A DNA stretch of 64,000 bases. It comes from Chloroflexota bacterium (lineage in GTDB: Archaea > Iainarchaeota > Iainarchaeia > Iainarchaeales > GCA-2688035). Shown piece by piece: positions 27,935-35,835 of the stretch; position 1 is the stretch's first letter; the number at the start of each line of letters is the position of its first letter. The translations under genes were made by a program, and so were the position numbers. Below the pieces are notes generated by a model. That model was not told where the DNA came from. It made no database searches and worked only from the letters and a program-made list of their open reading frames with translations. The stretch covers positions 13,869 to 77,868 of the forward strand of contig JAFCCG010000001.1 in assembly GCA_017610335.1 (NCBI GenBank), written 5' to 3'.

Positions 27935-28230
27935 TTTGTTTTGCCTCCTTGCTCCTTCAAATGAATTCCGTGAACTATAAGAGTATTTTCAAGATTTCCT
28001 TTTTTAACCGAAACCTTGTAAGTACTACCCTGCTTTCCTTTTACAATACCAAAACTACCGTGGTAAATTGCAGCAGGCATTCCGCCGTGCATGTCCGACC
28101 TTATATTTACCTGTATCTTTGTGCCATCAACAAAAGGTTTTAAAATTTGATTAACAGAAGCTTTACCTGCCTTGTTTTTGAGCTTTGACCTTGTTTTGCC
28201 TCTTTTTCCACGTGCTTTTTTATTTACCAT
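27931..28230 (-). CDS. rpl21e: 50S ribosomal protein eL21
   Basis: RGKRGKTRSKL, GMPAAIYHG and IVHGIHLK motifs; synteny. Confidence 0.9.
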   Translation of the reverse strand: MVNKKARGKRGKTRSKLKNKAGKASVNQILKPFVDGTKIQVNIRSDMHGGMPAAIYHGSFGIVKGKQGSTYKVSVKKGNLENTLIVHGIHLKEQGGKTK

Positions 28231-28353
28231 AAAATCACCTTTTTTTAAACATGTAACTACTTAAATCAACTTAAGAGAACTAAAATAAAATAAGCAAAGA
28301 AAGCTTTAAATAGTATACTTTTGATATAATTTTGAATAAGGTGAACACAGTCT

Positions 28354-28980
28354 ATGAGCTTTTTTGATTTTTATGAAGATTATGCAAAAAAAGGCTTTGT
28401 GCAAGTTAATTCAAAAAAAGTAAACAAAATTGCATTGAAATTTCTTAAAAGCCCTGTTCTAGATCTTGGATGTTACTATGGTCATAAAACAAAATGGTTG
28501 GCGGAACATTTTGACAAAGTTGACGGATGTGACATAAGCAAAACAGCTCTTTCAAAAGCAAAAAGAAACAATCCAAAACTAAATTTTTTCCAATGTGATT
28601 TTGGAGAAAAAAAACTAGAAATCAAAAAAAAATATGATTCAATTTTTGCAACAGAAGTAATTGAACATGTTTTTGACACTCAAACATTTCTTGAAAACTG
28701 TTCCAAGGCATTAAACAAAAACGGAATTTTATTTATCACAACACCCAATGTAATAAATTATTCAAATAGAATTCGTCTTTTAATTGGAAACGACATTTTT
28801 ATCAGCGGAGACAAAGCACACATTCGCTTTTTCAACCCTAAAACAATTGCCAAAGAAATTGAACAATCAGATTTTAAAATAGAACTTGTCGCAGGCTACA
28901 ATACAAGAGAAATCAGCAAAAACATTCCAATGCCACGCAGACTAAGCGAGGGCATAATTTTGGTTGCAAGAAAAAAATAG
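28354..28980 (+). CDS. Class I SAM-dependent methyltransferase
   Basis: VLDLGC, GCDIS, EVIEHV and ITTPN; paralog of 48740..49441. Confidence 0.9.
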   Translation: MSFFDFYEDYAKKGFVQVNSKKVNKIALKFLKSPVLDLGCYYGHKTKWLAEHFDKVDGCDISKTALSKAKRNNPKLNFFQCDFGEKKLEIKKKYDSIFATEVIEHVFDTQTFLENCSKALNKNGILFITTPNVINYSNRIRLLIGNDIFISGDKAHIRFFNPKTIAKEIEQSDFKIELVAGYNTREISKNIPMPRRLSEGIILVARKK

Positions 28981-29081
28981 CAGACCCAATCCTTTTTGGA
29001 TTGCGCATAAAGCGACAAATTTGTGTGCAAGATTTCAACTTTTAATAGTTTTGCACATAAAATTTCGAAGGCGTTTGCATT

Positions 29082-29546
29082 ATGAAATTTAAGTGGTTAT
29101 CTGAACTGGGCCCAAAGTCCGCCTTACGCGAAAAATTCTTTGAAAAGTTGGACGACATAGGAACCACAACCAATTATGGCAAAGAACAAATACTCGGCTA
29201 TTTGATAAAAGAGAACTTTGATGCCTTACTTTGCTTCGAGGGAAAAAAATTCGTTGCCTGTTGTGCAGTAAACAGGGACAAAAAAGAAAAAAACGTGTTG
29301 AGAAGATGGCTTATTTACACCGACCCTGCCTTCAGAAGAAAAGGATACGCAAAGGCACTGAGCGCCGAGCTTGCAAAAAGAGCGCAGGCAGAGGGATTCA
29401 GGTCAGCAAAGCTTGGCACTGGAGGAAATTACTCAGTCAGAATACTTGCCAGCCTAAAAAGAGACAGAAAATTATTTAGCCTACGAGGCTTTAAATTAGA
29501 GCCAAAAACAGGAAACGTAACATACCCAAGAAAAAGAAAAAAATAG
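29082..29546 (+). CDS. GNAT-family acetyltransferase with basic C-terminus
   Basis: YTDPAFRRKGYAKAL acetyl-CoA motif A; ends PRKRKK. Confidence 0.8.
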   Translation: MKFKWLSELGPKSALREKFFEKLDDIGTTTNYGKEQILGYLIKENFDALLCFEGKKFVACCAVNRDKKEKNVLRRWLIYTDPAFRRKGYAKALSAELAKRAQAEGFRSAKLGTGGNYSVRILASLKRDRKLFSLRGFKLEPKTGNVTYPRKRKK

Positions 29547-29580
29547 AACCCACCGCATTCGACACCGTTTTCGCCCCTCG

Positions 29581-29616
29581 TTATTTCGGCAAAGCCCCCC
29601 GGCTTTGCACAAATAA
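29581..29616. terminator. Hairpin between convergent genes
   Basis: TTATTT-cg-GCAAAGCC-CCCC-GGCTTTGC-ac-AAATAA. Confidence 0.5.
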
Positions 29617-29671
29617 TGCCAATAAGAAAACAGTTTTTGTGCAGAAACAGGAATATTTGTGCAAGTATAAC

Positions 29672-30445
29672 TTATATTCTTCTTCTCCTTTCGAAACGCT
29701 TTTGCAAATTTGTAAGCAAGTTAAGCCTATGTGCCGTTGCATATTTTGAGATTCCCAAGCGCTCACCATGCGCGGTTTGAATTTGCTGTATTAAAAACTT
29801 AAAGCTGTCGCAGGGAATTAGCCTGCTCGCAGCAAAAACTTTTATTCTGCCTTGTGAGACCCTTTCTTTGAAACTCGCTGATTTTTGTTTTCCGCACTCT
29901 GCAACTGCAAATGTTTTCAAATCGAGTTTTAAATCAAGCTCTCTTGCAGCCCGGGTAATAAGATCTTGTTGTTTTGTTATTGAACCACCCATTTGCACTT
30001 CATCAAGTAGTAACAACCGCAAGTTACCTTTTCCAGATTTTTTCGTAATTCTGGCTAAAGTCGCTTTTATTATTTTGGCCTGCTCAGCATAACTAATAGA
30101 TGGAAGATATTTTCCAGAATCTCTTGGAATCCCTTTTGCAAATAATGATTTTTTTCCTGATTCAACCCTGGCGCCAATTTTTATAGTATAAAATCTTGGA
30201 AGTTGTGAAGATTTTTTCTCAAGGCTGGCAAAAAGTCTAATTGCCCTCATAAAAGGCTCCGCGCCTCTCAAAGGAATAAGAATTGCATCAACATTAGTTC
30301 GCATTACTGCTTCATAGACTTTATGAACTGCATCAAAGTACGACTCCAACTGTGCATCATTGTAACCTCTAAATCGGTCTTGCTTCTGCTGCCTTCTACG
30401 TTCTCTCTTTTGACTTTGCCTTAAATATGTCTCAGTATCAACCAT
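29672..30445 (-). CDS. Basic phosphoribosyltransferase-like protein
   Basis: ILIPLRGAEP and LLLLDEVQMGGSIT (PRPP-binding loop-like); Arg-rich termini. Confidence 0.65.
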   Translation of the reverse strand: MVDTETYLRQSQKRERRRQQKQDRFRGYNDAQLESYFDAVHKVYEAVMRTNVDAILIPLRGAEPFMRAIRLFASLEKKSSQLPRFYTIKIGARVESGKKSLFAKGIPRDSGKYLPSISYAEQAKIIKATLARITKKSGKGNLRLLLLDEVQMGGSITKQQDLITRAARELDLKLDLKTFAVAECGKQKSASFKERVSQGRIKVFAASRLIPCDSFKFLIQQIQTAHGERLGISKYATAHRLNLLTNLQKRFERRRRI

Positions 30446-30492
30446 AATAATCACTTACCTTTTTGTACTAATATTCTTTTTGGTTAAGCAAA

Positions 30493-30654
30493 TTATGCGA
30501 CTGCCACCCCTAACGTCACTCCTATCAAGAATACTACAACCAGTTTCCCGTACTTGTAGGCTGCCTCAGGGTAGCCATAGTCCCACATGATAAAAATGTA
30601 GCCAACAAGAGTCCAAGAAACGATAAGGAGGAGATAGAACATGTCGGACGGCAT
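30493..30654 (-). CDS. 53-aa two-TM membrane protein (absent from the ORF track)
   Basis: MPSDMFYLLLIVSWTLVGYIFIMWDYGYPEAAYKYGKLVVVFLIGVTLGVAVA*; TAATG overlap with the transposase stop. Confidence 0.65.
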   Translation of the reverse strand: MPSDMFYLLLIVSWTLVGYIFIMWDYGYPEAAYKYGKLVVVFLIGVTLGVAVA

Positions 30655-30940
30655 TAGGACCGCCTCACTTGGATAGCAGGAGCCAATTTGGTTGGAACTA
30701 TTTTGTTTGAGATTCCGGTCTCATACATTTCCTGGATAAGACAACAAATATTGTAGCATAAGAGCTTTGCCAGAATTTCATTTTCTTGTCCGATTGCTGA
30801 CTTGCTTCTTAGCAGCGAGCCAAACTTGGACTTTACCATATTGAAAGTTGACTCAACATTGGAGCGCTTGTGATAATGCTTTAGAAACCTCTCAGGCTCT
30901 AAGCAAAACATTGCATATATCTTGTTCCAAATGCCACCAT
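30654..30940 (-). mobile_element. C-terminal remnant of a DDE transposase (IS4/IS5-like)
   Basis: WNKIYAMF...HYHKRSNVESTFNMVKSKFG...NEILAKLLCYNI (Y-x2-R-x3-E-x6-K); N-terminal part missing. Confidence 0.85.
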
Positions 30941-31136
30941 AGTGAAAATTCTGACTAGCCAGAACTCCACATGTTTTATTCTAAATAATTCACATACAAA
31001 AAACTTAAATTTTCTTTTGTTTGAAAAGTTTATTAATTTACAGACTAACCGCCCTTTACATTAATCTACAAGGCCACCCCCCCCCAGCCGGCTTTTTAAT
31101 GTCTTTTTAAACCTTCCGAAACCCTTTTATTATTGG

Positions 31137-31170
31137 TTTATAAAGGATCTTTTATTTATAAAGGTCTTTT
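31137..31170 (+). promoter_or_regulatory. Tandemly duplicated TATA-box element upstream of tbp
   Basis: TTTATAAAGGATCTTTT-A-TTTATAAAGGTCTTTT. Confidence 0.55.
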
Positions 31171-31191
31171 TGACTATGGAGTTGATGCCTT

Positions 31192-31779
31192 GTGAAGTAT
31201 ACTATTGTAAATTTAGTTGCCTCGTCTAATTTGAATGCCACACTGGACTTATATAATTTAGCAGTGAGCATTCCAAACATTGAATATGAACCAGAACAAT
31301 TTCCAGGAGCAATTTTGAAACTAAAAGAACCAAAGGTTTCAATGCTTTTATTCAAAAACGGAAAAGTTATTTGTAGTGGCGCCAGCAGTGAACTGCAAAT
31401 TGCGCAAGCTATTAGAAAAGCAAGCAAGCTTATTCACGGAATTCAAAAACAGGTAAAAATTCAAAAGACTGTAAATTACAATGTTGTGAATTTGGTTGCA
31501 ACAGCAGCCCTGAACCAAAACCTTGACTTATTTCAAATCGCAATGGATTTAGACAACGTAGAATATGAACCAGAACAGTTTCCTGGAGCAATCCTAAGAA
31601 TTGCCGATCCAAAACTTACCTTACTTTTGTTCAAAAACGGTAAAATGATTTGTGCCGGAGCAAAAAAGGAAAGTCTTTTGAGAAAAGGCCTAAAGGTTGC
31701 AGAAGAATTAGTTATAGGCAAAAAGAAAAAAAAACATGGAAAAAAAACAGTGAAGAAAACTGCAACGAAAAAAAAGTAA
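31192..31779 (+). CDS. tbp: TATA-box binding protein
   Basis: Two repeats of NLVA...YEPEQFPGAIL...LLFKNGK.IC.GA; Lys-rich tail. Confidence 0.97.
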   Translation: MKYTIVNLVASSNLNATLDLYNLAVSIPNIEYEPEQFPGAILKLKEPKVSMLLFKNGKVICSGASSELQIAQAIRKASKLIHGIQKQVKIQKTVNYNVVNLVATAALNQNLDLFQIAMDLDNVEYEPEQFPGAILRIADPKLTLLLFKNGKMICAGAKKESLLRKGLKVAEELVIGKKKKKHGKKTVKKTATKKK

Positions 31780-31788
31780 TTGGTGAAT

Positions 31789-32211
31789 TTGTTGAAAGCA
31801 TTACTTTTCCATTGCAAAAAGTATTTGACTAAATTTGACAGCTTTTCTAACAGACCCGGCAAAATAAGGCCAGAGGAATTGAAGGAAGCAAGACAGGAAT
31901 GTCTTGACTGCGTTGTGGCATTTGTAACAGTTGAAAAAAAGGACAATCCAGTTCTTGTTGCAAAAGGCCTTGCAGAGGAAATTTCCAAAATGTGCAAGGA
32001 AGTTGGAAAGCAAAGAGCAGTGGTTGTTCCATTTGCCCACTTGTCAAGCAAAATTGCCGATAGCGAAAAGGGACTTTCCACATTGAAGTTAGTGGAATCA
32101 AAACTCAAAGCAAAAAAAATAATTGTTAAAAGAGCTCATTTTGGCTCGCACAAAAGCCTGTTGCTTGATGTTTTTGGACACCCTGGAAACGTTAGATTTA
32201 GAAAATTTTAG
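31789..32211 (+). CDS. Stand-alone archaeal threonyl-tRNA synthetase editing domain
   Basis: LLFHC, FVTVEKKD, VVPFAHLSS, FGSHKS and GHP motifs; exact start uncertain. Confidence 0.85.
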   Translation: MLKALLFHCKKYLTKFDSFSNRPGKIRPEELKEARQECLDCVVAFVTVEKKDNPVLVAKGLAEEISKMCKEVGKQRAVVVPFAHLSSKIADSEKGLSTLKLVESKLKAKKIIVKRAHFGSHKSLLLDVFGHPGNVRFRKF

Positions 32212-32255
32212 CCAAAAAGCCAAGCTTTTTAAACACTGCCAGACCAAAGTATTAT

Positions 32256-32375
32256 TGATTAGCGGTCATGCCACAGGGGAAACACCCGGTCCCATCTCGA
32301 ACCCGGAAGTTAAGACCTGTAGGGAATAGGTATGCGCTGAGTTTTTGCTTGGAGCGTTCTAGATGCTGCTAATCA
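32256..32375 (+). rRNA. rrf: 5S ribosomal RNA (divergent, stand-alone)
   Basis: Helix I TGATTAGCGG/CTGCTAATCA; conserved ACACCCGGTCCCATCTCGAACCCGGAAGTTAAG; TATA-like TTTTTAAA about 25 nt upstream. Confidence 0.93.
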
Positions 32376-32951
32376 TTTTAATAATTTTTTAACTTTTTTT
32401 CCAAGAAAAGGAGAGCATTTTTTCAGGTATTGGTTAAGCTTTTTTTTATCAATTTTTGCCTTCAATTCCTTTACTGTTTCTTTAGGCAGGTGTTCCCTGA
32501 AGTAAACAAAGTCAATCAAAGTTTTTTCTGCATCGGAAACAGGAAGCCAAAAATCGTAATATTTAACCAAGTTAAAGCCAAAAAACATTTTTCTGGAAAT
32601 GTGCCTAACCAAAACATTTGAATCCATTATTTGCCTTAGTCCAGGCCTGACCATTTTTGGGGTTAAAATAACAGGATTTGTTTCCTGCTCCCACAAATTT
32701 CTCAAAGAAAGGGCTTCCTGCAAGCCATAGTAAAAAGGCGAAAAGGCAAAGCCTGAAACCATTGAATCGCTTTGAAAAGAATAAAACCCCTTTGCAATCC
32801 TGTGCAATTCACCGGATTCCAGCATATTGTGAACCAAGAGATTGCTGTAAGCTTTGCTAATGTGGTTTTTAGCCAATAAAACTCTCAAGTCTTTAATTGA
32901 AAAAACAGGCTGCCCTTTGAATGCTTTCCTGACAAGGCCAATATGTTTCAT
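32373..32951 (-). CDS. AbiEi-like type IV TA antitoxin
   Basis: wHTH-like FSIKDL...RIAKGFY, YYGLQEALSL and SDAEKTLID; coupled to the AbiEii gene; stop overlaps the 5S 3' end. Confidence 0.82.
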   Translation of the reverse strand: MKHIGLVRKAFKGQPVFSIKDLRVLLAKNHISKAYSNLLVHNMLESGELHRIAKGFYSFQSDSMVSGFAFSPFYYGLQEALSLRNLWEQETNPVILTPKMVRPGLRQIMDSNVLVRHISRKMFFGFNLVKYYDFWLPVSDAEKTLIDFVYFREHLPKETVKELKAKIDKKKLNQYLKKCSPFLGKKVKKLLK

Positions 32952-33595
32952 TTTTTAAACCCTCTCTTCAAGGCAAGCAGCATTTGCTCAAAGGAAGGCA
33001 CTGCCCCGGAAAAAACAATTGCCTTGAGATTGTTTTCATCAACAGGCTTTTTGGGGGTTTTGAGAAAAGAGGAAACCTCACTGTAAAGCTTCTTGTTTGG
33101 CGAAACCATGCTGCTTAACATGAAGACATCATATAAATCACGAACCAAAAGCCGATTCCTGTAGGCAGAAAGCTTTTCCAGCAAAAGGTTTTCCAGGGAA
33201 AGCGTTAAAACATTCATAAAGGAGCCATCAACTCTCTCAAAAGGCACTGGCTCAAAAGCCTTCGGTTTCCTAAAAGCAGCCTCAAACCTGACTTCAACAA
33301 CACCGTTGGAAATCTTTGAAAAAATGGAATTTGCAGTTTTCTTAAACTTCAACAAAGAAAGGCCCCTTGAGTTAAGAGCCTTGCGAAACCCTTCCTCAAA
33401 GCCCTTGCCGGAACCAAGGTAAAAATCCAAGTCCTCTGAAAACCGGTTCCCAGCATAACAACGCCAAACCGCAGTACCACCATGCAAAACCGCTTTAGGC
33501 GAAACCTTGTAAACAATATCCACTAACTCATCCTGCAGCAAAGCAGTATCAACATGAAGCCTCTTCTTCAGCCTATTAAACAAAGGAATACGCAT
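32948..33595 (-). CDS. abiEii: AbiEii/AbiGii nucleotidyltransferase toxin
   Basis: LHGGTA, RFSEDLDF, EKLSA and RDLYD motifs. Confidence 0.92.
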   Translation of the reverse strand: MRIPLFNRLKKRLHVDTALLQDELVDIVYKVSPKAVLHGGTAVWRCYAGNRFSEDLDFYLGSGKGFEEGFRKALNSRGLSLLKFKKTANSIFSKISNGVVEVRFEAAFRKPKAFEPVPFERVDGSFMNVLTLSLENLLLEKLSAYRNRLLVRDLYDVFMLSSMVSPNKKLYSEVSSFLKTPKKPVDENNLKAIVFSGAVPSFEQMLLALKRGFKK

Positions 33596-33604
33596 AATAT
33601 ATAC

Positions 33605-33644
33605 AATCAACCAAAATTATATAAAAGTATATGTTTGGTTGATT
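33605..33644. promoter_or_regulatory. Inverted-repeat operator around the AbiE promoter
   Basis: AATCAACCAAA...TTTGGTTGATT enclosing a TATA-like core. Confidence 0.7.
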
Positions 33645-33650
33645 TTACCT

Positions 33651-33683
33651 TTTTTGTTTGGAGGGCCCTTGACGCTGCTAATC
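33651..33683 (+). repeat. Diverged duplicate of the 5S rRNA 3' end
   Basis: 27/33 identical to 32342-32374; last 10 nt (GCTGCTAATC) identical; both copies followed by a T tract. Confidence 0.88.
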
Positions 33684-33687
33684 GTTT

Positions 33688-34860
33688 TCAATTTCTTTTA
33701 TTTTTTTTCAGTACAAATATATCTCTGCCAACTATTTGGTTTGGTCTAAAATCACAAACAGGAAATTTTGGCGTTTTACTTTTTAAAGTATGAACCTGAA
33801 GTCCGGTGGCATTGCAGATTTTTTGAATGTTACAACCAAGCCTGCTTTTGCCGGTATTAATATATGGCGCGGTAAAAGCAATTTTTGCCTGGGGGGTAAG
33901 AGAATTTTTCAGATTGTTAAGCACTTGAATCATTAAATTTTCAAAACGTTCCTGCATTTGTATTGCTACTTTTTTGTGAGGATTTTTTTTAAGCAGTGTT
34001 CCAAGAGATGGTTCTGTTGCAATTCCATCAATGTTTTGTAATGAAACTTTTCGCGAATCGGCAACCAAGATTTTGAAAGTTGCTTTTGCACGATATTTGT
34101 TCTTTGTCCATTCAATGTTTTTTTTAGCACCGTCTGTTGCTGTTGAATTTATGTCAACTCCAACAACATTAATCCCTTGCGCTATTGCCTCTTGGAGTAT
34201 TACTCCGATTCCACAGAATGGATCAAGCAATGTTTGTCCTTGTTTTGTCTGGGAAAGATTTACAAGAATTTTTGAAAGTCTTGGAGAAATTGCAAGATGT
34301 TCTCTTCTTACAGGCTTGCCCATGTCTCTTGCTTCCATTTCTTTTGAATCAGAAAATGCTTCAATAAAACCAAGAGAATAATTTTTGTCTTTGAAGAGAA
34401 AATAGGTTATGTCTGTTGCAGAAATTTTTGAAGGCGTTCCTTCTACAACATCGCCTGTTTGCATTAAGATTGTGCCTCTGATGGATTTGAATCTTGCCTT
34501 GGTTTTTTCTGCCCTGAATTTTTGCTTGAGCGCATCGAGTACTGTGTTAAGTCCGCCTTCATCGGCAAAGTCTAGGCAAGAATAGAGGAAGTTGTTTTTT
34601 TGTCCAAAGTACACTTCTTCTGTTTCAATAAAATTTTCTATTTCTGAAAGGTCGCCGGTACATAAGATTTTTCCAATTGCGATTGTTCCGCCGAGCAATG
34701 TCAGAATTTTTTTTGTGTCAATTCCCTTGCGAGTGTTAAAAATAAACGCGTTTGTTTTTGAAGCAGAAAGAGTTACATCAATATCCATTTTTTCAAACAA
34801 CGAAAGTGCTTCTGCCAGAGCCAGTTCTGGATTCCTGCCTGTTACAAAAAGGTATTGCAT
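33688..34860 (-). CDS. Trm11/TrmG10-like RNA methyltransferase
   Basis: ISPRLSKILVNL, LLDPFCGIGVILQEA, GVDIN and IATEP motifs. Confidence 0.8.
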   Translation of the reverse strand: MQYLFVTGRNPELALAEALSLFEKMDIDVTLSASKTNAFIFNTRKGIDTKKILTLLGGTIAIGKILCTGDLSEIENFIETEEVYFGQKNNFLYSCLDFADEGGLNTVLDALKQKFRAEKTKARFKSIRGTILMQTGDVVEGTPSKISATDITYFLFKDKNYSLGFIEAFSDSKEMEARDMGKPVRREHLAISPRLSKILVNLSQTKQGQTLLDPFCGIGVILQEAIAQGINVVGVDINSTATDGAKKNIEWTKNKYRAKATFKILVADSRKVSLQNIDGIATEPSLGTLLKKNPHKKVAIQMQERFENLMIQVLNNLKNSLTPQAKIAFTAPYINTGKSRLGCNIQKICNATGLQVHTLKSKTPKFPVCDFRPNQIVGRDIFVLKKNKRN

Positions 34861-35019
34861 AATAGTCTTTATTCTTTTAATTGTTTAATAAATGTTATAT
34901 AAGAGATATGCAACAGAAATTGGTCAGCTGTCAAGCTTTTTAAAGCTTTTCTCGGGGTATTATTTGTATTGAAATCCTATTTTTGCGGATTTTGTAAATT
35001 TTTTTTAAAGTGATTTTGA

Positions 35020-35754
35020 ATGGGTTTGAGGCCAGGGCACTGCTATAGTAACAAAGATAAAAGAGCATTTACGCGTTACGCGGTTAAGGTACATAGAAAG
35101 AGCTATGTTGGAGCAATTCCTGGGCTTAGAACCAGACAGTTTAATATGGGAAATGGTATCAAAGAGTTTTCACACATTTTAGACCTTAAGGTAGAAGACC
35201 ATGGCCAAATTAGGGACAATGCAATGGAAAGTATTAGAATGGCAATTAACAGGGTCTTGAACAATAATATTGGAAAAGACGGCTATTTTGTAAAAATTAG
35301 GGTTTATCCTTTTCAGATTTTGAGAGAAAACAAACTTGCACAGGGAGCAGGTGCAGATCGTGTTTCACAGGGAATGAGTCATGCTTTTGGAAAAAATATT
35401 GGTCGTGCTATTAGAGTAAGACCTGGTCAAAAGATTATTTCTGTTTTGGTTGACGAAGAACATATTGAATTTGCAAGAACTGCTTTAGGCAGGGCAAAAT
35501 CAAAGCTTGGTATTCCTATAAGCATTAGGGTTGGCACAGATGTTGAAAGCATTGGAACAAAGCCAAAGAAAACAAGAGATATGCTTAAGGAAGAAAAGAA
35601 GACTGTTGAAGAAGGAAAGGAAGGCGAAGAAGCTGGAAAGGAAGCAGAAAAGAAAGGAAAAGACGCAGGAAAGGATGCGAAAAAACCTGAAGAAAAGAAT
35701 GCAAAAAAGCCTGAAGAAAAGAATGCAGGCAAAAAAGAAGCAAAGAAAAAATAA
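35020..35754 (+). CDS. rpl16: 50S ribosomal protein uL16 (L10e) with a long K/E-rich tail
   Basis: LRPGHCY and RVYPFQILRENK...GAGADRVSQGMSHAFGK; tail has two copies of AKKPEEKN. Confidence 0.96.
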   Translation: MGLRPGHCYSNKDKRAFTRYAVKVHRKSYVGAIPGLRTRQFNMGNGIKEFSHILDLKVEDHGQIRDNAMESIRMAINRVLNNNIGKDGYFVKIRVYPFQILRENKLAQGAGADRVSQGMSHAFGKNIGRAIRVRPGQKIISVLVDEEHIEFARTALGRAKSKLGIPISIRVGTDVESIGTKPKKTRDMLKEEKKTVEEGKEGEEAGKEAEKKGKDAGKDAKKPEEKNAKKPEEKNAGKKEAKKK

Positions 35755-35835
35755 TTAACTGTGTTTAAAGCCAAACTGTCTTTTTAGTTTCTTATTTAAA
35801 GTTATTGCTCTTCTTTTTTCTTGGGGAGAACTTAA

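Noticed and set aside
31789..32211. Stand-alone ThrRS editing domain as a novelty
   Set aside because: Free-standing editing domains are already known in archaea.
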